Below, piece after piece: positions 20,435 to 31,599 of a stretch of DNA of 40,306 nucleotides (position 1 is the stretch's first letter; each line of letters opens with the position of its first letter). This DNA is from Octopus bimaculoides (taxonomy: Eukaryota). The notes below the pieces were generated by a model. That model was not told the origin of the DNA. It saw only the letters and a list, made by a program, of their open reading frames with translations, and searched no databases. Made by a program: the position numbers and the translations under genes. Where the stretch lies: contig NC_068984.1 of the NCBI RefSeq assembly GCF_001194135.2, forward strand, positions 78,534,376-78,574,681, given 5' to 3'.

Positions 20435-20790
20435 GGTGCTGGCACAGATATGTGGATCCTGGATATTGCTTTGGAACCTCATTGTTTCAAGTTCTATCTC
20501 ACTATATGACACTCTGGGCATGTGTCTATTTTCTATAACCTTGCATGGAACAATACTTTACTACAAGCTTCTGCACAGTTTCTGTCTACAAAATAATACA
20601 CTCACAAGACATTGGCCAGCTCAGGTATGCAGCAGAAGACACTTCTATACTTTGCAACCACATAGTTTTGGGTTCGATCCCACTGCATTGCATCTTGAAC
20701 AAGTGTCTTCTAATATAGCTCCAGGTTAACCAAAGTTTTGCATGTAGATTTGGTTGATGGAAAATGAAAGAAGCCTGTCGTATATAGATG
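20435..20790. mobile_element. Three degenerate Fam-C pieces in +/-/+ orientation
   Basis: About 20435-20540 (+), 20560-20645 (-) and 20655-20790 (+). Confidence 0.6.
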
Positions 20791-20804
20791 TATGTGTTAA
20801 TGTG

Positions 20805-20995
20805 TTTCCTTCTCTTGAAATTACATGATCATTGTAAGTGAGCCTCCGTTTTCAGTTTTCTGTAAAATCATATCCTGTCGAGAGGAAATATTGCATTACT
20901 TGTAAGCAGGTGAGGGTTTGTAGCAGGAAGGACATTGAGCTGCAGAAAAGTCATTCTCTGTGAATTTCATGACACATGCAAACATGGAAATACAC
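20805..20995 (+). mobile_element. Fam-B copy
   Basis: CTTCTCTTGAAATTACATG...GGAAATATT...CAGGTGAGGGTTTG...GGAAGGACAT. Confidence 0.65.
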
Positions 20996-21016
20996 ATACA
21001 TACATACATACATATA

Positions 21017-21365
21017 TATGTCAGACCGAGTAAAAAGTAAGCGATGGTTTGAAACATAAAATTCATCTCAATATATTTCAACAATGCAGAAATTTTATTC
21101 ATCAAATGAGGTTACCATTACAGTCAACATATTTTTGCCAACGAGTTACAAGTTTGTTTATTCTGGTAGCATAAAAATCTGGAGTTCTGGAGCTAATGAA
21201 CTCTTTGATCGCACTTTCAGCAGCGGTTTGATTTTTGAACTCCTTCTCCTGCAGGAAATCATCAAGGTGCTTGAAAAAGTAGTAGTCAGTAGCAGAAAGC
21301 TCTGGGGAATAAAATGGGTAAGGAAGAACTTCGTAGCCATGTTCCCTCAACTTCTGAAGTGTGAC
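21017..21365 (-). mobile_element. Mariner transposon 3' remnant (transposase C-terminus plus probable TIR)
   Basis: ORF 21102-21368(-) reads EVLPYPFYSPELSATDYYFFKHLDDFL...INKLVTRWQKYVDCNG, matching the mariner HPPYSPDL(A/S)PxDYHLF motif. The remainder is lost in (TA)n and the gap. Confidence 0.88.
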
Positions 21366-21367
21366 CA

Positions 21368-21398
<31 letters not shown>

Positions 21399-21443
21399 GT
21401 ATATGTATATATATATGTATATATATGTATATATATATATATA

Positions 21444-22018
21444 NNNNNNNNNNNNNNNNNNNNNNNNNNNNNNNNNNNNNNNNNNNNNNNNNNNNNNNNN
21501 NNNNNNNNNNNNNNNNNNNNNNNNNNNNNNNNNNNNNNNNNNNNNNNNNNNNNNNNNNNNNNNNNNNNNNNNNNNNNNNNNNNNNNNNNNNNNNNNNNNN
21601 NNNNNNNNNNNNNNNNNNNNNNNNNNNNNNNNNNNNNNNNNNNNNNNNNNNNNNNNNNNNNNNNNNNNNNNNNNNNNNNNNNNNNNNNNNNNNNNNNNNN
21701 NNNNNNNNNNNNNNNNNNNNNNNNNNNNNNNNNNNNNNNNNNNNNNNNNNNNNNNNNNNNNNNNNNNNNNNNNNNNNNNNNNNNNNNNNNNNNNNNNNNN
21801 NNNNNNNNNNNNNNNNNNNNNNNNNNNNNNNNNNNNNNNNNNNNNNNNNNNNNNNNNNNNNNNNNNNNNNNNNNNNNNNNNNNNNNNNNNNNNNNNNNNN
21901 NNNNNNNNNNNNNNNNNNNNNNNNNNNNNNNNNNNNNNNNNNNNNNNNNNNNNNNNNNNNNNNNNNNNNNNNNNNNNNNNNNNNNNNNNNNNNNNNNNNN
22001 NNNNNNNNNNNNNNNNNN
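21444..22018. other. Assembly gap flanked by (TA)n
   Basis: N run. Confidence 1.
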
Positions 22019-22022
22019 ATTA

Positions 22023-22151
22023 TATTTAAGTGGAAAATGGAGCAACAAATACAAGAAGAAGCAATTCGGTTGAGCTAATTAGCCATTGTTTTATTATGTG
22101 GAGGTTATGTAATTGCTTCTTCTTGTATTTGTTGCTCCATATTCCACATAA

Positions 22152-22154
<3 letters not shown>
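22023..22154. repeat. Inverted repeat with 44-bp arms and 44-nt spacer
   Basis: 22023-22066 versus 22111-22154, with 2 mismatches. Confidence 0.9.
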
Positions 22155-22189
<35 letters not shown>

Positions 22190-22224
22190 TATGTATATCT
22201 GTATATATATATATAGAGAGAGAG

Positions 22225-22310
22225 AGTTATATGTAGGAGAATTTACGAACAAAACAACAACAGACGAGGACAGGTGGTGTAAACAACAACAGGATGTATT
22301 AGTTTAACGT
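22225..22310. mobile_element. Truncated interspersed repeat, possibly a PLE pLTR fragment
   Basis: GTAGGAGAATTTACGAA...GACAGGTGGTGTAAACAACAAC.GGATGTATTAGTTTAACG resembles an octopus repeat I recall. It is embedded in (TA)n. Confidence 0.3.
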
Positions 22311-22749
22311 TGTATATATATATGTATATATATATATGTATATATAGTTATATGCATATATATGTATATATATATATATATAGTTATATATATGTATATA
22401 TAGTTATATGCATATATATGTATATATATATATATATAGTTATATATATGTATATATAGTTATATGCACATATATGTGTATGTATATATGTGTATCTGTG
22501 TAGATAACTACATTTAAGTTACACATAGTTAATGATCCAATCTCATAATACTGACACTGCATTCAAAAGCATTCCACTGTCTAATTTCCATCTTTTCAAG
22601 CATAGAAAGTGTTTCATGCTTATTAGCGGTAGGACCATAAGCTGCATGTCATTAGTCTCTTGATATTCTGAAGGGCAAAACCCAGCTAAATATCAGAAAT
22701 GAGCTTAGCAGGCAGCCAGGACTGTACCACCAAAAGACTTGATTTTTTA

Positions 22750-23146
22750 GGTGCAGGAGTGGCTGTGTGGTAAGTAGCTTGCTTACCAACCACATGGTTC
22801 CGGGTTCAGTCCCACTGCGTGGCACCTTGGGCAAGTGTCTTCTGCTATAGCCTCGGGCCGACCAAAGCCTTGTGAGTGGATTTGGTAGACGGAAACTGAA
22901 AGAAGCCCGTCGTATATATGTATATATATATATGTATGTGTGTGTTTGTGTATCTGTGTTTGTCCCCCCAACATCGCTTGACAACCGATGCTGGTGTGTT
23001 TACGTCCCCGTAACTTAGCGGTTCGGCAAATCGAGACTGATAGAATAAGTACTAGGCTTCCAAAGAATAAGTCCTGGGGTCGATTTGCTCGACTAAAGGC
23101 AGTGCTCCAGCATGGCCACAGTCAAATGACTGAAACAAGTAAAGAG
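22750..23146 (+). mobile_element. Fam-C CORE-like tRNA SINE, full length, near consensus
   Basis: tRNA-like head GGCTGTGTGGTAAG...GGTTCCGGGTTCAGTCCCA, MIR/CORE-like CCTTGGGCAAGT, internal TA/TG tract, CpGs retained. Confidence 0.95.
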
Positions 23147-23309
23147 AGAGTATTGTTTAGCAGCTTAGCATTACTAACAGCGCCATTCTAATTGTAGATG
23201 GAGATACTATAACTAATGCTGTCAGGTTCAAATCATGTCTGATCAGCATATTTGCTGGACTGTGGGATACTGGATTTAAGTGGTCTAATGTGTGTTATGT
23301 GAGATTGTT

Positions 23310-23625
23310 ATAGTGGTTTAGTGGCTTGAGTATTTGGCTCGTGGTCATAAGGTCATGAGTTTGAAAACCAGTGGTGCATTGTGTCATTGGCCAAAACATT
23401 TTATTTCATGTTGCTCCAGACCACTCAGCTAGCAGAACTGAGTTGTACTTGTTTTTCAAAGGGCCATCCCTGTCACATTCTGTGTCATGCTGAATCTCCC
23501 TGAGAACTACGTTGAAGGTATGCATTTGTGGAATGTCCACTCAGCCACTTGCATGTTAATTTCACATGGCTGTTCTGTTGATCGGATCAACTGGAACCCT
23601 CCTCATTGTAGCCAATGGAGCACCA
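23310..23625 (+). mobile_element. Fam-D-related SINE with short CORE-like middle and shared 3' half
   Basis: 3' half matches 14390-14560. Colinear with 29000-29315. Confidence 0.85.
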
Positions 23626-23689
23626 GTTATATTGCATGGTATTCATTAGTGGTAGTTGGAAGGTGTTAAAACTATGGCCATCATGTCTC

Positions 23690-24030
23690 TGTGCATCCAA
23701 GAGCACATTATCAGATGTATGCTTATTTTAATTTTTAAAGAAAGCAAAGTATGATTTGTAGGAGCCTTAACTGCCATTTCTAGCAGATAAACCAATTGCA
23801 TAGAGACTCCTTCATTTACTCTGTTGCTGTTTAGCCTCAGGTCAACCTTGACCCAGCATACCTGTGACCATTCCATCTTTGTTCTATATGCAGGGAACAC
23901 AAAAACCACATCGTTTAACCTGTTCTTTTTATAGACAATAGTGTCATTTGAAGGAGATTTAACTGCAATTTCTAGCATGCCAACAAACCACTGAGAGATT
24001 TCCTTCTTTGGTTTGTTGTTATTGTTGTTT
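23690..24030 (-). mobile_element. Two Fam-F pieces
   Basis: GCCATTTCTAGCAG and GTTGTTTAGCCTCAGGTCAACC, with a second GAAGGAGATTTAACTGCAATTTCTAGCA. Confidence 0.65.
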
Positions 24031-24307
24031 CTTGTTCTTGATTTTTAACTCATGTGAACTGCTGTCCAGCAGACCCATAATAATTGAAATGTTCTAGTTG
24101 TGACCATACCCTCTTTTCCCAATATGTACTGGACTTGGGACCACATTATGTTAGTGTCCTATTTTAGTGCCCTGTTTGCTATTGTGTAAAGCAGGTTGTC
24201 TAACCATGTAAAGAATCTTATCATTTGGAATTAGTGATTAGGAATTATGTAGAAACAACAAACTCAAAGAAAACTGCGATGATTGATCCATTCATCAATT
24301 CATCTAT

Positions 24308-24369
24308 CTATCCATGCAGTCTTGATCCTTGGTTCAATGCAGATTGGGTCATCATACTCTGCTGGCCAT
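24308..24369 (-). other. Candidate terminal exon
   Basis: Minus-strand acceptor CATTTCTATAG. Phase-compatible with the 25775-25850 exon and ends (D)GQQSMMTQSALNQGSRLHG*. Confidence 0.15.
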
Positions 24370-24489
24370 CTATAGAAATGCATGAACATCACAACATCAT
24401 TTCATGCTTTATATTTGTTATAAAATTGTGGTTTATAGCCTAAGTATTGTTAGTGATTTAGGATAAGAGCGATGATGCAGTGTGTGTGT

Positions 24490-24670
24490 GTAGGTTTTTG
24501 TTGTTTAGTCTAGAGCAGTTGTGGTAAATAGACACAGTCATTCCAGCCGTGACCATCCTGTCTTTTCCCTATGGGTACGGAAACACAGGTCTACATTTTC
24601 TAATGTGTCCTTTTCTAACACAGCAAGATGTGATTTGAGAAGATTTGGTTGCTATGACCACACAGAGACT
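24490..24670 (-). mobile_element. Fam-F copy
   Basis: TTGTTGTTTAGTCTAG...CATTCCAGCCGTGACCATCCTGTC...GAGAAGATTTGGTTGCTAT. Confidence 0.75.
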
Positions 24671-24829
24671 CCCTCATTGTCCTATGTGTATGTGTGGATG
24701 TATGTATGTGTGTAAAATTGCAGGTGTGGCTTGAGGTATCTGGTCGGGTGGGGGGTGTCTGCACATTTCCATTGTTGTCTTGGGGCTTTAATAACTATTA
24801 GGACATGTCATTACATTTGATGTTCCTGT

Positions 24830-25137
24830 ACTACCTTCACCATGGATTGCAGTCACCACTGTCACTGTCATCATCCCCACCATCATCATCATCATTGCAA
24901 TCACCACTACTACCATCACCTTGTCACAGTCACCACTACAACCACCATAACACAACCACTTGTCATTGTCACCTCCACCACCTGCTGTCATTGTCTGCTT
25001 CAACCATCTACTAAAAATACCCCCCCCCACCTCCCACCATCATCACCAACTTCACAACACCACCCTTTAACATGAACCTCACCATCACTTGTCATCACCT
25101 GCCACCATTGCAACCGACACCTTCATCCATAACAATG

Positions 25138-25186
<49 letters not shown>

Positions 25187-25320
25187 TGTCACTATGACTA
25201 CTTCCTTCCATTGCTGCTACCATCAACTTGACCATTATCCCCACAACTACCACCATGACTGTTACCACCATCCCCATCACTACCACCACCAATGACAACA
25301 ACAACAACAACAACACTGCT
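24830..25320. repeat. (CAT)n/(CAC)n/(CAA)n trinucleotide low-complexity tract
   Basis: Direct reading. Confidence 0.92.
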
Positions 25321-25774
25321 GCAGTCAGTGGTCATCTTTGTTAAATATGTTTATGTTTACTTTGTCTTCCTCATTTGTCTCCCTTTCTCTCTTTACAGTT
25401 CACTCTTTTAACTTTGCTCTCTCTCTCTCCTCTTCTATTCCATCTTCTTAATTATTGCACTTTGATGTAGGATCTAAGCTAATCCCAGCAGTAATGGCCA
25501 TTGCACTACTCTTTGGTCATATGACTCTTAATATGTACAGGTTTAATCTGTCATTGTCAATATCATCATTGTTATTATTCTTTTTAAAAATCTATTTTTT
25601 TCTTGCTAGCCTTGATCAGACATGTCTGTCGGATGGCTAGCATAATATTCCTTCTCTCTATTCAATCCCATGCAATCTATCTGTAAAACCCAATATATTT
25701 ACACTTGACCTCACCACATCTTTCCATGTACTGAACAGCAGATATTTTTTGCTTGCCCTTCAGCATCAACATAC

Positions 25775-25850
25775 CTGTGCCATTGTCTATTAATGCCAGA
25801 GCAAGGATGTCCCTCTCTCCTGGAGAGGAACAGTTTGTGGAGGCTTCAAA
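25775..25850 (-). CDS. Candidate 76-nt internal exon (FEASTNCSSPGERDILALALIDNGT)
   Basis: Minus-strand acceptor TATTCACCAG and donor CAG/GTATGT. Only phase 0 is open. The sequence is unique in the window. Confidence 0.3.
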
Positions 25851-26116
25851 CTGGTGAATACATATTGAAAATAGCAAACTTTGTATCAAAGTTAGTGCAT
25901 GATGAGGGACTGTTTAGATAAATGCAATTTTCGTTTGAACTAGAGTGTCAAATGACACATTGAGTTTATTGTGAGACAATTTGAATAGAATTAATAGCTC
26001 TGTTTTGCATTTTTCAACCCAGAAAAAGGCCTTCAATTTTGTCCCTTGCTCTGTAGTCTAGTTGGCACTGAAACTACAGTATGGTGTTGCTGAATGGTTT
26101 ATAATAAGAGCTGTCC

Positions 26117-26352
26117 TTTCAATGCAATGTATGCCAGAAGGTTTGCAAATCTAACAGAGGCCTCAAAAGGCATTTTAAGATCCATAAAGATCAGAATTTA
26201 ACTGCAGCTCTCAGTGGTCCAAATTGGATATACAATCTATGTGGGTGTCTTTTCAAAACATTGTCTGGTTTAAAAAGCCACATCAGATGCCATGGTGTTT
26301 CTAAGGTGTAGGTACAGGAGGTGGTCAAATTTGCATAAGGAGCAGACAACCA
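26117..26352 (+). mobile_element. LINE 3' end encoding C2H2 zinc fingers (missed by the ORF track, no ATG)
   Basis: 26117-26311 translates to FQCNVCQKVCKSNRGLKRHFKIHKDQNLTAALSGPNWIYNLCGCLFKTLSGLKSHIRCHGVSKV*. Clear reverse-complement homologue of 38065-38300. Confidence 0.8.
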
Positions 26353-26355
26353 CAG

Positions 26356-26392
<37 letters not shown>

Positions 26393-26714
26393 TTATTAAA
26401 AAAGGTTTGTCAGGATTTGGATGAATACTATTTACTGAGCAATTGCATTCTCTTCATGGGTTCATCATGAATGGTAAGGCCATTAATGCATAAAATCTGT
26501 ATACCAAATACCAACTCTTTGTGTTGGAGCATCAGTAGTTGAGTACTTCCCCAACACTTTCATTCTTCATGTAATCCTCAGGCAAAATCAGTGTACACAT
26601 TGCATATGGTAAGAGTGGTTGTTTGAATAGCATGTACAGTCCAGCTGGCAACATAGTGCCTGTCTGTCTGTCAACAAAATTTTATTGAGAACACTTGGGT
26701 AAATTTAAGGATAT

Positions 26715-26800
26715 GGCAGAAAAGTTGCCAAAGGTACTGTACAGTGGGATTGAACCTGGGGCCTCATAGTTGCCAAGTGAAATTCTTCACCATTAGGCTC
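26715..26800 (-). mobile_element. Fam-C head fragment
   Basis: GTTGCCAAAGGTACTGTACAGTGGGATTGAACCTGGGGCCTCATAGTTG. Confidence 0.6.
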
Positions 26801-26809
26801 TGGCTTAAT

Positions 26810-26810
26810 C

Positions 26811-26853
<43 letters not shown>

Positions 26854-27304
26854 CCACATACACACATGAAAGCACATGCTAAAAATGCATATGTGCATGT
26901 AGAAGGATTTGTCCTCTCTCTATCCCTGGAGGTTGCCACATGTGCACACGGTTTCATTATGCACACACAAACACTTGCACATGTGCACACGCACACTCTC
27001 TCACACAAACACACACATTCTAATTACACACTCGTGCACATACACATTTAAAAATATACTCATGCACACATATACGCAATATGAATACACTTACTGTGGT
27101 GCATGGACAAAAACACACACATTTCTCCATAATTCTAATTCTACTCAGCCACACACACACACACACACACACACGCTCAAACACAAACATCTATAGACAT
27201 AGTTACCCTCAAATACACACACTCAAGCACACTCACACAAATATTAGCCTGCTCATATGTACATATATACATAATTCCTTACACGCATAAATACAGCTTC
27301 ATAA

Positions 27305-27345
<41 letters not shown>

Positions 27346-27680
27346 ATCTCCATCCAGTGTGCACACATCTATAAACACATGTAATCTCTCAAAAATATAT
27401 GCATATGCATATATGCACAGAGACATAATCTTGTGCATATTCACACAAATACAGTCACGCATAATCCTTCACACAAATGCACACACACACACATATATAC
27501 ATACATATGCACTTAACCCCTCACAAATACACACACACATACATACACATGCGTATACAAACACATATACACATGCATATACAAATATATGTGTATATAA
27601 TCCTTCAGAAATACACACCAACACATGTATGCACAGATAATCACTTACAAATATGTACAAATACATAAAAACACACAACT
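26810..27680. repeat. Long degenerate (CA)n/(CATA)n low-complexity region
   Basis: Direct reading. Confidence 0.92.
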
Positions 27681-27834
27681 GGTACAGCTGCAACAAACTT
27701 GGTGCCCTGCAGCTATATTTAAACAGCTATGTGCATACTTTCAATAGCACTGAAATGCACAGTCTTAGTGCATGATCTTTCTACATTGGTCAGCAGTTGC
27801 ACATTGTTGTTGCAAATTATTATAGTTATTGTCA

Positions 27835-28055
27835 TTATTGTTGCTGTTGTTTAGCCCTAGGTCAGCACTGAGTCTGCAGACCTATGATTAAAGGCATTCC
27901 AACTGATGATTATCCTGTCTTTTATTTAGACATATTGTATCTAGACCGACATTATGTGATGCGTCTTTCCTTTTTTTTTAAGACAGGAGGGTGTGATTTG
28001 CAGGACAGTTTTGCTTGTATTTCTAGCAAGTTAGATAATCACATAGATGCTCACA
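27835..28055 (-). mobile_element. Fam-F copy
   Basis: TTGTTTAGCCCTAGGTCAGC...GACCTATGATTAAAGGCATTCCA...GGGTGTGATTTG...TTTCTAGCAAGT. Confidence 0.8.
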
Positions 28056-28099
28056 TGTTGGTTTTTCATGGATGTAGTTATTGTTACTTTTGTTGTTCA

Positions 28100-28713
28100 T
28101 CATCATTATCATCATCATCATCGTTTAACGTTTGCCTTCCATGCTAGCATGGGTTGGACGATTTGACTGAGGACTGGTGAAACCAGGTGGCTACACCAGG
28201 CTCCAATCTGATTTGGCAGAGTTTCTACAGCTGGATGCCCTTCCTAACACCAACCACTCAGAGAGTGTAGTGGGTGCTTTTACGTGCCACCGACACGAAT
28301 GCCAGTCAGGCGGTACTGGCAATGGCCACGCTCAAAACGGTGTATTTTATGTGCCACCCGCACAAGAGCCAGTCCAGGGGCACTGGCAACGATCTTGCTC
28401 AAAAATCCTTATACATGTCACGGGCACAAGTGCCAGAAAGGCGACGCTGGGCACAGGTGCTATCCCGATTTCGCTTTTGCCTGCCCCAATAAGTCTTCGC
28501 AAGCTGAGTTTCATGTCCAATGAAGGAGACGATGTTGGCATGGGTACTAGTCATCAAATTTAGTTCGATTTCACTTGCCTCAACAGGTCTTCGCAAGCGG
28601 AGTTTAGTGTCCAATGAACGAAAGGTATGCATAAGTGGGCTGGCTACACCCCTGGCAGAGGCCTTGGATTTAGGTCTCACTTGGCTTGCCGGGTCTTCTC
28701 ACGCACAGCATAT
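28100..28713 (-). mobile_element. RTE LINE 3' end: last ORF2 codons, stop and complete 3' UTR (longest Fam-A copy)
   Basis: Minus strand reads YAVREKTRQAK* (28712-28677), then about 570 nt of UTR with a ~95-bp internal duplication, ending in the Fam-A tail and (GAT)n. Confidence 0.8.
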
Positions 28714-28754
28714 TAAAAAGGACAGTGAATTGACAGAAGCATAAGAGGGTCAGA

Positions 28755-28940
28755 CAAAATGCATTGTAGTATTTCTCCAGCTCTTTACATTCTGTGTTCA
28801 AATCTTGCCAACATCAACTCAATCTTTTTATTTCTCTGGGTCAATAAAATAAAGCATCAAGCATCTACTGGGATTGGTGGTTTTAAGTAACCCTTTTCCC
28901 TCAAAACTGCTAGCTTTGTGTCAAAATTAGGAGCTGTTAT
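28755..28940 (+). mobile_element. Fam-E copy (degenerate)
   Basis: CTTTACATTCTGTGTTCAAATC...GGGTCAATAAAATAAAG...CCCTCAAAACTGCTAGC. Confidence 0.65.
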
Positions 28941-28999
28941 TGAAGAAATATTAGAGCTTTAGAATTTGCATTAAGTTTTCCTGTTATTTTCTTTAATTC

Positions 29000-29315
29000 A
29001 AATGGCTTAGTGGTTAGGGTATTTGGCTTGCAATCATAAGGCCATGAGTTCAGTTCCTAGTGGTGCAATTGTGTTTTTAAGCAAGACACTTCATTTCACA
29101 TTGCTCCAATCTACTCAGCTGGCAGAAGCGAATACTACCTGTATTTCAAAGGACCAGCCTTGTCATATTCTGTGTCACTCTGAATCTCCTTGAGAACTAT
29201 GTTAAGAGTGCATGTCTGTGGAGTGCTCAGCCACCAACATGTTAAATTCATGAGCAAGCTGTTCTATTGATCAGATCAACTGGAACCCTTGTCGCTGTAA
29301 CTGACAGAGTACCAA
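29000..29315 (+). mobile_element. Fam-D-related SINE
   Basis: Colinear with 23310-23625. Confidence 0.85.
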
Positions 29316-29504
29316 TTTTTTTTTTTCATTATTCTTGGGATTGAATAAATTATATACATACAACGTGCTGAGGATGGTGGAAAATTAGTATATTCATTAG
29401 AATGTTATATAGAATACCTTGTGGTATCTATTTTGGATCCTTTTATTCTGAGTTTGGATTTCCCTGTGGTAGTCAATAAATAAAGTGTGTTAGATTAGTG
29501 GTAT

Positions 29505-29665
29505 TGCTCGGTGCAGGCTTGGCTTTGTGGTCTAAAAGATTGTTTTCCAACTACATGCTTTTAGCTTCAGTCCCACTGTATGGTAATCTTGGGCAACTGT
29601 GCTATACTATAACATCAGGCCTCAAGAGTGAATTTGGTAGATGGAAACTGAAAGAAACCCATCAT
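29505..29665 (+). mobile_element. Fam-C SINE, 5' part
   Basis: GCTTCAGTCCCACTG...CTTGGGCAA...GAATTTGGTAGATGGAAACTGAAAGAA. Confidence 0.8.
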
Positions 29666-29697
29666 GTGTGTGTGTGTGTTTATATATATATATACAT

Positions 29698-29890
29698 ATC
29701 ATCATCATCATCATCATTTAATGTCCGTTTTCCATGCTGGCATGGGTTGGACAGTTTGACTGGGGACTGGCCAGCCAGGAGGCTGTACCAGGCTCCAATC
29801 TGATCTGGCAATGTTTCTACAACTGGAGCCCTTTTTAACACCAACCACTTCAGGAATGTAGTGGGTGCTTTTTATGTGCTACCAGCATGG
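29698..29890 (-). mobile_element. Fam-A copy
   Basis: (CAT)n TTTAATGTCCGTTTTCCATGCTGGCATGGGTTGGAC. Confidence 0.88.
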
Positions 29891-30079
29891 GTATATATAT
29901 ATATATATGTATGTATATATATATATATACACATAACATTATCAGGTGTACATGAATAGTGTATGTGTTTTGTTTATATGCTAAATTCGCTGCAGGTTAG
30001 TGTGTTCAGGGAAGACTTCTTACACAACACTGAGTGTGAAAGGCCACCCAAATGTCACAGATGATACACAACAACTCAC

Positions 30080-30163
30080 TTTCGGAATCACTGAGAATGG
30101 TAGATATTGATACTTCATATTTCACCGTTATTGTGGCTTCTCAGTACCATGTACTCAGATCAT
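30080..30163 (-). other. Candidate exon with strong splice signals
   Basis: Minus-strand acceptor TTCCTTTTATTTCAAG and donor AAA/GTGAGT. An ATG at 30118 gives MKYQYLPFSVIPK in phase 0. Confidence 0.25.
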
Positions 30164-30224
30164 CTTGAAATAAAAGGAATCACTGGTCTGTGGTATATGC
30201 ACACACTTACACACACACACATCA

Positions 30225-30467
30225 TGACTCTACCATCATTAGACAACGTATGCGGGCTCAGCAATTACTTGCTGAACAATCACACAAATGATTTGTTTAT
30301 TGTGATCAAATGTCCGTGTGCCACATGTCAGATGACGAATGATTGCAGAGCAATGTGAAATGAAGAGTTTTGCTCAAGAACACAAAACAACATCCAGTCT
30401 GGGAATCGAAACCATGATCTCGCAATCGGGAATGCAACACGCTAACCACTCAGCTATGTGCCTCCAC
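30225..30467 (-). mobile_element. tRNA SINE (Fam-D-type head, different tail)
   Basis: Reverse complement begins GGAGGCACATAGCTGAGTGGTTAGCGTGTTGCATTCCCGATTGCGAGATCATGGTTTCGATTCCCAGACTGG. Confidence 0.8.
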
Positions 30468-30929
30468 ACACACACACACACACACCTATATTCTTTTACT
30501 CTTTTATATATATTATCTATTTAAAAGACACAAGACATGTCTTTAATTGCTGCTAATAGTTTCATATGTTGAGAAATATCTCAAACATATTCGTCAAGCA
30601 CAAACCAGATATCATAACAAACTAAAAAAAAAATTGAATCAGTGAAGCGCAAAAAAGCTGAGAAGGCAGTATATAGAAAATGCAGAAGGCTAAAAAAAAA
30701 AGGAAAACAAAGAAATAAAAACTAAAATGTAAAAAGTAAAAAACATAAAAGAGTTATCTTCCTTAGACCTTAAATTATAAGGCTTGAAAGATATCAACAA
30801 GTTAATCAGATATAAGCAGAATGTTCCAATTCTTCAAAATATATTTATGTATATGTTTGCAACTGCTGAAAATCTCAGATCTAGGGTTCAGTAGAGAGCT
30901 AGGGATAATATATGTGTGTATGTGTGAGT

Positions 30930-31165
30930 ATGTAGGTTTGTGTCTCCTTGTCTTGACATCATGTGATTGTTGTTGTGAATGAATATCATTCACTTCCAGT
31001 ATTCTGTGAAAACCTGTCTGGTCATGAAGAAATATTATCTTGTTTGCAAACAAGGTGAAGGTGAGTGATAGGAAGGGCATCCAGCCATAGATAGCAAATC
31101 TGTCTCGACAATTCAGTTCAAGCCATTCATGCAAGCATGGAAAAGTGGATGTTAAACAACAGTGA
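30930..31165 (+). mobile_element. Fam-B copy with expanded (GAT)n tail to about 31230
   Basis: Colinear with 8967-9196. Confidence 0.85.
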
Positions 31166-31341
31166 CAATAATGATGATTATGATGTTGATGATGATGACA
31201 ATGATGATGATGACGATGATGACGATGATATTAAAGTTTCAGCTGAGATGTCTTGCAGTATCTGTTTCCAGCCTTTTTTTTTGCATTCTAAGTTCAAATA
31301 TCTCTAGATATAATCATCCTCAAATACAACCCCGACGCGTG

Positions 31342-31377
<36 letters not shown>

Positions 31378-31599
31378 TGCACGTACAAATGCGTGTGTGT
31401 GTATGTGCACATAATCGCACTCTACTCAACAATAAAAACAACTGCCTCTAACAAAAAAAAAGAAGTAAAGCGAGGGAACCTCTACAGACCAATGACAGAA
31501 CCTCTCTCTACACAATTGCACGATTGTCTATGTTGTAGTAGTTGGTGTTGCAGATGGTATTAGGATGTGTCTATTGTATAGCATTCCTTTGCATTCATG

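Noticed and set aside
22540-22740. Minus-strand peptide HAAYGPTANKHETLSMLEKMEIR as a possible L2/CR1 remnant or exon
   Set aside because: Similarity too weak to call without a search.
24788-25316. Poly-His, poly-Asp and poly-Ile ORFs (also 31565-31894)
   Set aside because: Trinucleotide microsatellites read in several frames, with no splice or domain support.
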